A program made the translations under genes and the position numbers. A stretch of DNA of 32,000 nucleotides, taken from Trichodesmium erythraeum IMS101 (GTDB lineage Bacteria; Cyanobacteriota; Cyanobacteriia; Cyanobacteriales; Microcoleaceae). Shown one piece after another: positions 1 to 9,454 of the stretch (position 1 is the first letter of the stretch; the number at the start of each line of letters is the position of its first letter). The stretch is from assembly GCF_000014265.1 (NCBI RefSeq), contig NC_008312.1, positions 7,110,001 through 7,142,000 on the forward strand, given 5' to 3'. The notes under the pieces are model-generated. The model made no database searches. It was not told where the DNA came from and was given only the letters and a program-made list of their open reading frames with translations.

Positions 1-2276
1 AAGAGAAGGAGCGGCAAAGAAAAGAGAAGGAGCGGCAAAGAAAAGTAGAGGAACAAGCAGCAAGAATATTAGGAATGCTTTCTGACTCAATGATCAGACA
101 AAAGCTATCTTTACTTGATAAAGGTGTATTACTGAGCGTGGAGTCAATGAAGCAATACTTTGATATCAAAAAACGTTATGGAAAAGCTGACTCGGGCCTA
201 CTTGTTGAACTGGATCAAACTCTACGGAATGGAGTAAGTCAACTACCCAAGCATCTCTATACTCTCAAACACCAGTCCGATGTATATGCAGTAGCCTTTA
301 GCCCCGACGGCAAAACCATTGCAACTGCAAGTTTAGACAAAACCGCCCGCCTCTGGGATACTGAGAATGGCAATGTATTAGCTACTCTCAACCACCAGTC
401 CTCGGTAAATGCAGTAGCCTTTAGCCCCGACGGCAAAACCATTGCAACTGCAAGTTATGACAAAACCGCCCGCCTCTGGGATACTGAGAATGGCAAAGAA
501 TTAGCTACTCTCAACCACCAGGACTGGGTAAATGCAGTAGCCTTTAGCCCCGACGGCAAAACCATTGCTACTGCAAGTTATGACAAAACCGCCCGCCTCT
601 GGGATACTGAGAATGGCAAAGAATTAGCTACTCTCAACCACCAGTCCTCGGTAATAGCAGTAGCCTTTAGCCCCGACGGCAAAACCATTGCTACTGCAAG
701 TTCTGACAAAACCGCCCGCCTCTGGGATACTGAGAATGGCAATGTATTAGCTACTCTCAACCACCAGGACTGGGTAATAGCAGTAGCCTTTAGCCCCGAC
801 GGCAAAACCATTGCAACTGCAAGTTCTGACAAAACCGCCCGCCTCTGGGATACTGAGAATGGCAAAGTATTAGCTACTCTCAACCACCAGTCCTCGGTAA
901 ATGCAGTAGCCTTTAGCCCCGACGGCAAAACCATTGCAACTGCAAGTTCTGACAAAACCGCCCGCCTCTGGGATACTGAGAATGGCAAAGTATTAGCTAC
1001 TCTCAACCACCAGTCCTCGGTAAGAGCAGTAGCCTTTAGCCCGGACGGCAAAACCATTGCAACTGCAAGTTATGACAAAACCGCCCGCCTCTGGGATACT
1101 GAGAATGGCAATGTATTAGCTACTCTACTCCACCAGGACTTGGTAATAGCAGTAGCCTTTAGCCCCGACGGCAAAACCATTGCTACTGCTAGCTGGGACA
1201 AAACCGCCCGCCTCTGGGATACTGAGAATGGCAAAGTATTAGCTACTCTCAACCACCAGTCCTCGGTAAGAGCAGTAGCCTTTAGCCCGGACGGCAAAAC
1301 CATTGCAACTGCAAGTTCTGACAAAACCGCCCGCCTCTGGGATACTGAGAATGGCAAAGTATTAGCTACTCTCAACCACCAGTCCTCGGTAAATGCAGTA
1401 GCCTTTAGCCCCGACGGCAAAACCATTGCAACTGCAAGTTCTGACAAAACCGCCCGCCTCTGGGATACTGAGAATGGCAAAGTATTAGCTACTCTCAACC
1501 ACCAGTCCTCGGTAAGAGCAGTAGCCTTTAGCCCGGACGGCAAAACCATTGCAACTGCAAGTTCTGACAAAACCGCCCGCCTCTGGGATACTGAGAATGG
1601 CAAAGTATTAGCTACTCTCAACCACCAGTCCAGGGTATTTGCAGTAGCCTTTAGCCCCGACGGCAAAACCATTGCTACTGCAAGTTCTGACAAAACCGCC
1701 CGCCTCTGGGATACTGAGAATGGCAATGTATTAGCTACTCTCAACCACCAGTTCTGGGTAAATGCAGTAGCCTTTAGCCCCGACGGCAAAACCATTGCAA
1801 CTGCAAGTTCTGACAAAACCGCCCGCCTCTGGGATACTGAGAATGGCAAAGTATTAGCTACTCTCAACCACCAGTCCAGGGTATTTGCAGTAGCCTTTAG
1901 CCCCGACGGCAAAACCATTGCTACTGCAAGTTCTGACAAAACCGCCCGCCTCTGGGATACTGAGAATGGCAAAGAATTAGCTACTCTCAACCACCAGTCC
2001 TTGGTAAATGCAGTAGCCTTTAGCCCGGACGGCAAAACCATTGCTACTGCAAATTATGACAATACCGCCCGCCTCCATTGGGCAACGTCAGAAGGCTTAA
2101 TTCAAGAAGCTTGTAGTCGTCTCAGTCGGAATTTAACCGCAAAGGAATGGCAGCAGTATATCAACAGCGACTTGGAGACATATCAGAAAACTTGCGAAAA
2201 CCTTCCCGTTCATCCGAGTGTAACTGCAGAAGCTGCGCTAACCTCCTCAGACCAAACCCTTTGGTTTGACCTTTGA
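1..2276 (+). CDS. WD40-repeat protein, 3' portion (frame open to the left window edge; N-terminal domain not visible)
   Basis: Frame 3 has no stop from nt 3 (EKERQRK EKERQRK VEEQAARILG precede the first Met at 75), so the true start is probably left of the window. There are 14 complete and 1 divergent 41-aa units, HQxxVxAVAFSPDGKTIATASxDKTARLWDTENGxxLATLN (SPDG...WD signature). The C-terminal tail SRNLTAKEWQQYI...YQKTCENLP is of the kind seen at the ends of cyanobacterial WD40 proteins. Stop TGA at 2274-2276. Confidence 0.9.
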   Translation, partial: EKERQRKEKERQRKVEEQAARILGMLSDSMIRQKLSLLDKGVLLSVESMKQYFDIKKRYGKADSGLLVELDQTLRNGVSQLPKHLYTLKHQSDVYAVAFSPDGKTIATASLDKTARLWDTENGNVLATLNHQSSVNAVAFSPDGKTIATASYDKTARLWDTENGKELATLNHQDWVNAVAFSPDGKTIATASYDKTARLWDTENGKELATLNHQSSVIAVAFSPDGKTIATASSDKTARLWDTENGNVLATLNHQDWVIAVAFSPDGKTIATASSDKTARLWDTENGKVLATLNHQSSVNAVAFSPDGKTIATASSDKTARLWDTENGKVLATLNHQSSVRAVAFSPDGKTIATASYDKTARLWDTENGNVLATLLHQDLVIAVAFSPDGKTIATASWDKTARLWDTENGKVLATLNHQSSVRAVAFSPDGKTIATASSDKTARLWDTENGKVLATLNHQSSVNAVAFSPDGKTIATASSDKTARLWDTENGKVLATLNHQSSVRAVAFSPDGKTIATASSDKTARLWDTENGKVLATLNHQSRVFAVAFSPDGKTIATASSDKTARLWDTENGNVLATLNHQFWVNAVAFSPDGKTIATASSDKTARLWDTENGKVLATLNHQSRVFAVAFSPDGKTIATASSDKTARLWDTENGKELATLNHQSLVNAVAFSPDGKTIATANYDNTARLHWATSEGLIQEACSRLSRNLTAKEWQQYINSDLETYQKTCENLPVHPSVTAEAALTSSDQTLWFDL
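270..2075 (+). repeat. Tandem 123-bp (41-codon) WD40 cassettes, 14 complete plus a 15th divergent
   Basis: The CAC CAG (HQ) unit starts recur at 270, 393, 516 ... 1992 with an exact 123-bp period. Units are near-identical at the nucleotide level. Confidence 0.95.
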
Positions 2277-2496
2277 GTTCGCCCTAGCACTATTATGCTC
2301 CTCAAAAAAACCAAGCGATCGCTCTGACCAGAAGTAGTTGTCTCAACAATGAACCAACCCCTAAATTATTAATTCCTCTGCTGATGCTAACAGCTAATTT
2401 GTTAAGTTTATCTTGCAGAAAAGCTGGGCTAACATTCTGAGACCCAACCTACAGGGCTTCCAACTTTTGACCTTTAAACCTTAACTAAAAAGACAA

Positions 2497-3855
2497 TCAA
2501 ACTATCAACTTCTGAAACAATTCATGGTCCCGAATATTATCAAAATCAGGTTCATTTTTTGCCATCTTTTGAGACTTTTTACCATTCAAACTAACAGCCT
2601 TTTCAAAACTTTTTAAAGCCATATCAACATCACCCTTTAAACTATAACAACGAGCCTGATTATACCAAGCACTAAAAAAGTCAGGTTGAATCTTTACAGC
2701 ATTATCAAAACAAGCGATCGCCTCTCCATAAATTCCCAACTTCATCAAACAAGCACCGCGATTATTCCAAGCATCACCATAATCATTTTTAATAGCAATT
2801 GCCTGATTATAAGACTTAACTGCCTCCTGATATTTTTGAATTTTTGCCAAACAAACACCCCTATTATTCCAAGCATCTGCATAATCAGGTTTAACCTTAA
2901 TTCCTTGCTCAAAAGAATTAATTGCCTCTTGATAATGCTGCAATTCTATCAAACAAACACCCCTATTATTCCAAGCATCCGCATAATCAGCCCGAATTTG
3001 TAAAGCTCGATCATAAGAAGAAATTGCCTCATCAAATATCTTTAATCTTGTCAAAGCCACACCCCGATTATTCCAAACATCCGCCATTTTTGGATGAATT
3101 TTTAAAGCTTGATTATAAGCATTAATAGCCTCCTTAAACTGACCCGAAAAGAAAAAAGTATCAGCTTTTTTTGCATAGTCTTTCGCCATCATTAAAGGCT
3201 CAGAATTATCACCTTGTTCAGAAGAAAATTGAATCAAAGTATCCTGTTGAAGTTGTTCAATTTTTTCCTCAGCCTTGCCACTTTCTACCCTCAATTCATC
3301 TAAAATAACCTGAGTATCAACAATAATTTGTTTAAGTTGAGATACTGTATCATATTTAAAACTATCAATCTCTTGTTTTGTAACATCAACTTTGTGAGCT
3401 AACTTTGCCTGAAGAAACCAAATCCAAACTGCCGCTGAAGCCGGGAAAAAAGTCAAAACAATTAGAAAAACACTAAGTAATGACATAGCATGACGAAAAG
3501 TATAATCTACCTCCTCTCGGACACCATCGCGAATTTCTTCTCTTAGTTTAAAATCTTCAACTTGTTCTTGGTTTTGACTCAAAAAAATCAAAGATTTTCT
3601 TTTTTGATAATTATCAAAACTTTGATTTTGACCATAAGCAATACTGTCACTCATAGAAACTATAACAGTTAAAATTAGAGTAGAAACTAACCTAAGCAAA
3701 CTCAGAGTAAAACCCTTATAACCCTTCTCAAAATAATTATCATTAGGTCTAAAACCCCAAATTTTCCAGCCAATTTTTTTTCGAGAAATTATCAAACTCT
3801 GATTACAAAAAAAATTTCTGAGTTCCTTAACCCTGTTCCCTTTAATTATTTTCAT
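2497..3855 (-). CDS. TPR-repeat protein with N-terminal membrane segments
   Basis: 452-aa ORF. The C-terminal half holds at least 6 tandem 34-aa units with the AWNNRGV(C/A)L...Y(Q/G)EAI..(F/Y)(D/N/E)(Q/R/N)A(L/I) TPR signature. Hydrophobic stretches: LLRLVSTLILTVIVSM and LLSVFLIVLTFFPASAAVWIWFL. The start could be an internal Met. Confidence 0.85.
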   Translation of the reverse strand: MKIIKGNRVKELRNFFCNQSLIISRKKIGWKIWGFRPNDNYFEKGYKGFTLSLLRLVSTLILTVIVSMSDSIAYGQNQSFDNYQKRKSLIFLSQNQEQVEDFKLREEIRDGVREEVDYTFRHAMSLLSVFLIVLTFFPASAAVWIWFLQAKLAHKVDVTKQEIDSFKYDTVSQLKQIIVDTQVILDELRVESGKAEEKIEQLQQDTLIQFSSEQGDNSEPLMMAKDYAKKADTFFFSGQFKEAINAYNQALKIHPKMADVWNNRGVALTRLKIFDEAISSYDRALQIRADYADAWNNRGVCLIELQHYQEAINSFEQGIKVKPDYADAWNNRGVCLAKIQKYQEAVKSYNQAIAIKNDYGDAWNNRGACLMKLGIYGEAIACFDNAVKIQPDFFSAWYNQARCYSLKGDVDMALKSFEKAVSLNGKKSQKMAKNEPDFDNIRDHELFQKLIV

Positions 3856-4737
3856 TACCTTTTAAAAGCCCAGATTAACTAATAATATTTTCATCCATAG
3901 AATTAATTCTAATTAGGAATTGCCCATTAAACCCAAAGGCACTTAAATATAATAACTTTAGCCTTCGTATCAGGAAAAAAAGTAGAATTTTTTTAGATTA
4001 TCAAACCAAAAATATCAGTATTTTAAGCAGACAAAGCTAGAAAAATTAAGAGATAAATTTCCAACTACATCCTCTGTAATTCCTTTAACTCTATACAGAC
4101 ATTCTATAGAAAGCCCCTATCTACTTTTGACTACCACCTTCAACCATAAGACAAACTTCAGCAAACCCTAATTACAGCATCAGATCGGATATGAGATATA
4201 CAAAAAATCAATAGTCAAACTATTGTATTATAGGCATCTTATACCAATACCAACTTACTTTAAAGACGTCACAAATAGTTGCCAACTTTAAATGTAAAAT
4301 AATTTCCTAAAATCACTGAGAGCATCAAAGACTTAAGCATATAAACCTTAAACTTTTAAATTTAAATGCATCACCTCCGTGAAACAGTCTTAGCCCCTAA
4401 AATTGTGCCTTACCAGCAAGAGAAATGCTGTATCAAACCCCTAATAAACTGATAGTAAAATAAATAACAGTAGATTCAACATTAACGTGATATAATCCGA
4501 AATAAATATATTTTTTATTTATTCTCTATTTTCTGATCCATCTTCCCTAATACCTAGGAAATTTATATGTAAAGTCCCTAAGTATTCCCTATCCCCTAAA
4601 ACCATCAATATTATGTATTATATCAAGTATAAAATTGCAAATTAGCAATAGACAAAACTTAGGCAAAATTCTTATAGAAATAATGAATTTATGCAACTTT
4701 TGTTTAACTTTTGACTTTTAAGTTTTGAGTGAAAATA

Positions 4738-5364
4738 ATGTCTGAATGGATTGAAATTGGTAAAATTGTTGCACCTCAAGGTTTGAAAGGAGACTTACGA
4801 GTATATCCTAGCTCAGACTTTCCAGAAAGATTCACCGAACCCGGAAAAAGGTGGTTATTATCACCGGGTCAAGTAGAACCGATATCTATCGAATTACTGA
4901 GTGGTCGTTATGTTCCTGGTAAAGGGTTATATGTAATAGAATTAGCAGGAATTAAAAGCCGCCAACAAGCTGAAGCATTAAGAAATAGCCAGTTATTGAT
5001 TGAAAAAGGCGATCGGCCTCAACTTGAAGCTGATGAATTTTATGTACCAGACTTAATTGGTTTAACAGTTATTAATCAATTAAACGGGAAAACTATTGGC
5101 AAAGTTATTAATATTATTTTTGCAGGAAATGACTTATTAGAAGTCGAAAAAATCTCTACAGATACCCCTGTTATTTCTGAAGTTGTTGAAAATAATTTAC
5201 CTTCAAAAAGTAAGAGAAGTAGAGACACAAAGAATCAGAAAAAAAATCAATCCCCCCCATCAAAAAAAATTCTAATTCCCTTTGTCAAAGAAATTGTACC
5301 GATAGTTAATTTTGAACAAAGTATCATTGAAATTACTCCTCCTGATGGCTTAATTGACCTGTAA
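4738..5364 (+). CDS. rimM: 16S rRNA processing protein RimM
   Basis: WIEIGKIVAPQGLKGDLRVYPSSDFPERF at the N-terminus, then GRYVPGKGLYVIELAGIKSRQQAEALR and DEFYVPDLIGLTV, match the RimM barrel and PRC-barrel pattern. ATG at 4738 is preferred over the GTG at 4729 used in the ORF track. There is a lysine/serine-rich insertion before the C-terminal strand. Confidence 0.85.
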   Translation: MSEWIEIGKIVAPQGLKGDLRVYPSSDFPERFTEPGKRWLLSPGQVEPISIELLSGRYVPGKGLYVIELAGIKSRQQAEALRNSQLLIEKGDRPQLEADEFYVPDLIGLTVINQLNGKTIGKVINIIFAGNDLLEVEKISTDTPVISEVVENNLPSKSKRSRDTKNQKKNQSPPSKKILIPFVKEIVPIVNFEQSIIEITPPDGLIDL

Positions 5365-5521
5365 TATTATTTGACAGATATTTGACAGAAGTTAACACCA
5401 TCCTTACCCCGTAAGAGGAGAAATTATGCATTAATAAATTAAGATATTATCAGCTCAAAACTTTGACAACCTCAGTAATTTTAGGAAATCATTTCACACA
5501 TTATATTTTGAAACTATAACC

Positions 5522-5692
5522 TAAGCATTTAGCAGGCAGCTATCAGCTATCAGCTATCAGCTAAAAGGAGGAATTAACCTCCAAAAAGAATTAAAAATCT
5601 GACACCGAAAAGAAGATCAGCTCAACTGCATCTTGTTGCATAGTATGACCTAAGAAAAGCCCTTGAGCTGACTGCTAATAACTAAATGCTTA
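5522..5692. mobile_element. MITE-like element with heptamer (CAGCTAT) repeats in its inverted ends
   Basis: Left end is TAAGCATTTAGCAGGCAGCTATCAGCTATCAGCTATCAGCT. The reverse complement of the right end is TAAGCATTTAGTTATTAGCAGTCAGCT. CAGCTAT is repeated 3.7 times at 5537-5562. Internal hairpin GGAGGAATTAACCTCC. A second family member lies inverted at 31478-31742. Confidence 0.5.
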
Positions 5693-5785
5693 TAGGAAAT
5701 TTAATCAACTTAGTTTTTGAGCAAGTCTAGTATATTAGATTTATTCGTATATTCGTGCTAAAAATAAGCATCGTGCTTGACTCCT

Positions 5786-6250
5786 TCAAATTAGCTGAAA
5801 TTCCTGAACAGCAGGTAAAAAATTTTTATTTTCATGGTTAGAACGACTAAGTTTAATCAGAACAAACCTTTGTAGTGGCGTCAGATTTTTCCATTGATCT
5901 AACTTAATTTTAATACCTACTTCTTGTGCTTTTTTCTGAACTATTTCTGGAATTTTAGTCTCATCCATCCAAGCCGGATTTTTTTCAACAGATAAATCTT
6001 TAGCAGGAGTATCTGTATGGTCAATTACTAACTGATGTAGCCATACTCGATAACTTTGAATTTCTTCTAATTTACTGCAAGGTTTATTCACTAACTCTTG
6101 ACGAATTAAATGATTAAATTGATGCCAGTGGGATAATTTTAATTTTACTCCACAGGTATCTAATTTATAGCGTACTATCATAGGAATACACCGTAAAGAT
6201 TCTACAAAGTCTTGCTCAAAATCAAAATAATTTTCACTCATATATATCAT
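5786..6250 (-). CDS. Small conserved protein, probably nitrate-reductase-associated family (Nitr_red_assoc-like); product call tentative
   Basis: 154-aa ORF. The N-terminal FDFEQDFVESLRCIPMIVRYKLDTCGVKLKLSHWHQF matches my recollection of the cyanobacterial nitrate reductase associated protein family. Start is either ATG 6250 (MIYM) or ATG 6241 (MSENY). Confidence 0.6.
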   Translation of the reverse strand: MIYMSENYFDFEQDFVESLRCIPMIVRYKLDTCGVKLKLSHWHQFNHLIRQELVNKPCSKLEEIQSYRVWLHQLVIDHTDTPAKDLSVEKNPAWMDETKIPEIVQKKAQEVGIKIKLDQWKNLTPLQRFVLIKLSRSNHENKNFLPAVQEFQLI

Positions 6251-6464
6251 GTTCCTATTCTATAATTATTTGTAAAAGTTGAGAAATATCTACAAAGTCT
6301 TGCTCAAAATCAAAATAATTTTCACTCATATATATCATGTTCCTATTCTATAATTATTTGTAAAAGTTGAGAAATATCTACAAAGTCTTGCTCAAACTCA
6401 AAATAATTTTCACTCATATATATCATGTTCCTATTCTATAATTATTTGTAAAAGTTGAGAAATA
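6201..6464. repeat. 88-bp tandem triplication covering the start codon, first ~13 codons and 47 bp upstream of the 5786..6250 gene
   Basis: Units at 6201-6288, 6289-6376 and 6377-6464. Copies 1 and 2 are identical; copy 3 differs by one base (A to C). Confidence 0.95.
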
Positions 6465-6905
6465 TCTACCTTATATTTAAGATTTTTCTCAAACTCAAAG
6501 CTTCTTCCTATTTCATGACTACCCAATAACTAAAGTGTTCTTCTTTACCTCCATTATAAAATACTGATGTCACCAAATTTTATATTATACCAAAGGTGAA
6601 AAAAGAATACAGATCTAAGCCAAATATCAATTTTAATAATGATATTAAATTTGTTATTTTTTTTTGCGACTAACAGTAAAAATATCTGCTCATATAAATC
6701 TCATCATAATCAACCCAATAGAAGCAGAAATTCCCAACATAAAATTATAGTTTTTGACTGAATATAGTCCAGATGAAAACCTTCCAAAGAGTATATTCCG
6801 GATAAAATTTTCATAGCTTACTATTACTATAATTTTTTATTTCATATAGTATTTTTTTTTGATAGTTGATAGATAAAAAATTTCATCAAAAACTATCCCT
6901 GATTT

Positions 6906-7707
6906 ATAAATAAATTTCTGTAGATAAATTTCTGTAGATAAATTTCTATAGATAAATTTCTGTAGATAAATTTCTATAGATAAATTTCTGTAGATAAATT
7001 TCTGTAGATAAATTTCTGTAGATAAATTTCTGTAGATAAATGTCTGTAGATAAATTTCTGTAGATAAATTTCTGTAGATAAATTTCTGTAGATAAATTTC
7101 TGTAGATAAATTTCTGTAGATAAATTTCTGTAGATAAATGTCTGTAGATAAATTTCTATAGATAAATGTCTGTAGATAAATGTCTGTAGATAAATTTCTG
7201 TAGATAAATTTCTGTAGATAAATGTCTGTAGATAAATTTCTATAGATAAATGTCTGTAGATAAATTTCTGTAGATAAATTTCTGTAGATAAATGTCTGTA
7301 GATAAATGTCTGTAGATAAATGTCTGTAGATAAATGTCTGTAGATAAATTTCTGTAGATAAATGTCTGTAGATAAATGTCTGTAGATAAATTTCTGTAGA
7401 TAAATTTCTATAGATAAATGTCTGTAGATAAATGTCTGTAGATAAATTTCTGTAGATAAATTTCTGTAGATAAATGTCTGTAGATAAATTTCTGTAGATA
7501 AATTTCTGTAGATAAATTTCTGTAGATAAATGTCTGTAGATAAATTTCTGTAGATAAATGTCTGTAGATAAATGTCTGTAGATAAATGTCTGTAGATAAA
7601 TTTCTGTAGATAAATGTCTGTAGATAAATGTCTGTAGATAAATTTCTGTAGATAAATGTCTGTAGATAAATTTCTGTAGATAAATTTCTGTAGATAAATT
7701 TCTGTAG
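6906..7707. repeat. 14-bp minisatellite TAGATAAAT(T/G)TCT(G/A), 56 complete units
   Basis: Complete units run 6921-7704 (56 x 14 = 784 bp) with degenerate edges. 34 units carry T and 22 carry G at unit position 10; 5 units end in A. I cross-checked the unit order against the periodic E/D, K/T, N/H pattern of the antisense ORF translation. Confidence 0.97.
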
Positions 7708-8188
7708 CCTTATCCTCTAAATGTACTGTTAATAATTTTGGAAAATATTTATTACATAGAGATTTTTTTTGCTGTTTATCATATAACACTTGTTGTGTAA
7801 AAGCAGCTAAGTGACTGTTCTTAAACCAGGAAAAATTCTGTTAATAAACCCATCAATTTATAAGTTTTAAAAGGATATTTTTTTACTCTTACTTAGATTC
7901 AATCTAAAAATCTAACTTGATATTAATTTAAATCTAATAACTAAATTACTAAAGATTGCTGTACTAATTATTTATCATAAAAACCCCATACAATTTTATT
8001 AACCATTCTCCAGAAAAAACTAAATTTATTCTTCAAAATTTAAAAATAACTTATTCATAAAATAATGCTCTTGACTTTAAGTATAGTATATGATAAAAAT
8101 ACAATAAAAAAAATATCTAAACCTTTGACTTTTGATTTAGTAAATAGGTATGATAAGAGAATAATCTGAAAATAAACAAAAGGAAAAA

Positions 8189-9121
8189 ATGCGAATATTG
8201 ATTATGGGTGGTACCCGATTCATTGGGGTATATTTAACTAAAATTTTGGTAGAAAAAGGGCATGAAGTTGTATTATTTAATCGCGGAAATAAACCAGCTC
8301 CAGTCTCAGGAATTAAAGAAATTTATGGGGATAGGACTGATATTAATCAACTCAAAGAAAAGTTAGCATCAGAAAAATTTGATGCTATTTTTGATAATAA
8401 CGGACGAAAATTAAGTGACACAAAACCTCTAGCAGAAATCTTTAAAGGTCAAGTCAAACATTTCGTCTATATGAGTTCTGCCGGAGTTTATTTAAAGTCT
8501 GACCAAATGCCTCATATTGAAGGAGATACTATAGATCCAAAAAGTCGTCATTTAGGAAAATATGAAACAGAAACAGAATTAGCAAATCAAGGTTTACCCT
8601 GGACTTCTATTCGCCCTACTTATATTTATGGACCACAAAATTATAATGATTTAGAAGCATGGTTTTTTGACAGAATTGTACGCGATCGCCCAATTCCTAT
8701 TCCTGGTAATGGACTTCATATTACTCAATTAGGTCATGTCAAAGATTTAGCAATGGCAATGGTAAATATTTTAGGAAATGACAAAGCAATTGGGCAAATT
8801 TATAATATTTCTGGAGAACGTTTTATCACCTTTGATGGTTTAGCCCGCTCCTGTGCTGAAGCCACTGGAAAATCTCCTGATTCTATTAAGTTAGTACATT
8901 ACGACCCGAAGAAATTTGACTTTGGAAAAAAGAAAGCTTTTCCATTACGAATGCAACATTTTTTTGCCAGTATAAATAAAGCAATAACTGAATTAAATTG
9001 GCAACCAAAATATGACTTAATTTCTGGATTAAAAGATTCATTTGAAAATGACTTTATAGCATCTGGTCGTGCTCAAGCAGAAGTAGATTTTTCCATTGAT
9101 GATGAAATTTTGAAAGTGTAA
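8189..9121 (+). CDS. NAD-dependent epimerase/dehydratase family protein (CSP41-like)
   Basis: N-terminal Rossmann motif MRILIMGGTRFIGVYL. Length is 310 aa. The YxxxK-type segment and overall layout resemble cyanobacterial homologues of chloroplast CSP41. Confidence 0.8.
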   Translation: MRILIMGGTRFIGVYLTKILVEKGHEVVLFNRGNKPAPVSGIKEIYGDRTDINQLKEKLASEKFDAIFDNNGRKLSDTKPLAEIFKGQVKHFVYMSSAGVYLKSDQMPHIEGDTIDPKSRHLGKYETETELANQGLPWTSIRPTYIYGPQNYNDLEAWFFDRIVRDRPIPIPGNGLHITQLGHVKDLAMAMVNILGNDKAIGQIYNISGERFITFDGLARSCAEATGKSPDSIKLVHYDPKKFDFGKKKAFPLRMQHFFASINKAITELNWQPKYDLISGLKDSFENDFIASGRAQAEVDFSIDDEILKV

Positions 9122-9454
9122 GTTTGAGGTAATTAATAGTAGGTGGTGCAGTGGGAATTTAAGAGTTAAACTAAAAAATGTACTCAACAATGTAATTTTG
9201 GTAGTCCTACTCCTGTAGGTTTAGCAATGCCTAGTAAAGGCTGCCCAACCCCAAAACCAAAATAATGACAATAGACCACCCAATGCACCACAAATATATT
9301 TCCCTTACCCCAAAATAGTAGTTGCTTGGCATTTTCGCCCTGGAAAAATATGAAAGTGCCGTTACATAAGATTTTATCTATCTGAAACACGACTATGGCA
9401 GACAAGATGGTCGTGCTACAGAGAGTCAAAAAGCTTCTCACCCCCTAAACAACC

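Noticed and set aside
257-2041. Three minus-strand ORFs (61, 159, 323 aa) with periodic MVLPSGLKATA...SQRRAVLS sequence
   Set aside because: They are antisense shadows of the WD40 cassettes. The repeat simply lacks stops in that frame, and the plus-strand frame carries the recognisable WD40 signature.
270-2075. Diversity-generating retroelement as the source of WD40 hypervariability
   Set aside because: There is no reverse transcriptase and no template/variable repeat pair in the window. The codon differences (e.g. AAT/ATA/AGA/TTT/TAT, TCCTCG/GACTGG) are not restricted to adenine positions.
2686-3125. Plus-strand ORFs of 105 and 67 aa
   Set aside because: They are antisense to the TPR gene, low-complexity, and follow the TPR repeat periodicity.
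6921-7704. The T/G variant order of the minisatellite read as a binary or ASCII message
   Set aside because: Read as 7 bytes (00,81,65,3D,99,17,68) it gives no coherent text in either polarity that I tried. Runs and polarity look like ordinary minisatellite dynamics.
6974-7789. 271-aa ORF with 14-aa period (QKFIYRNLSTEIYL)
   Set aside because: It lies on a 14-bp repeat, which is not a multiple of 3. The unit has no stop triplet in any minus-strand frame, so any frame stays open. The ORF ends at the first TAG-creating A-variant that falls in frame (6974-6976). It is most likely non-coding, though translation cannot be formally excluded.
9184-9441. 85-aa minus-strand ORF downstream of the ldcA remnant
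   Set aside because: No recognisable motif, no convincing start context, and it lies in decayed DNA. Left unannotated.
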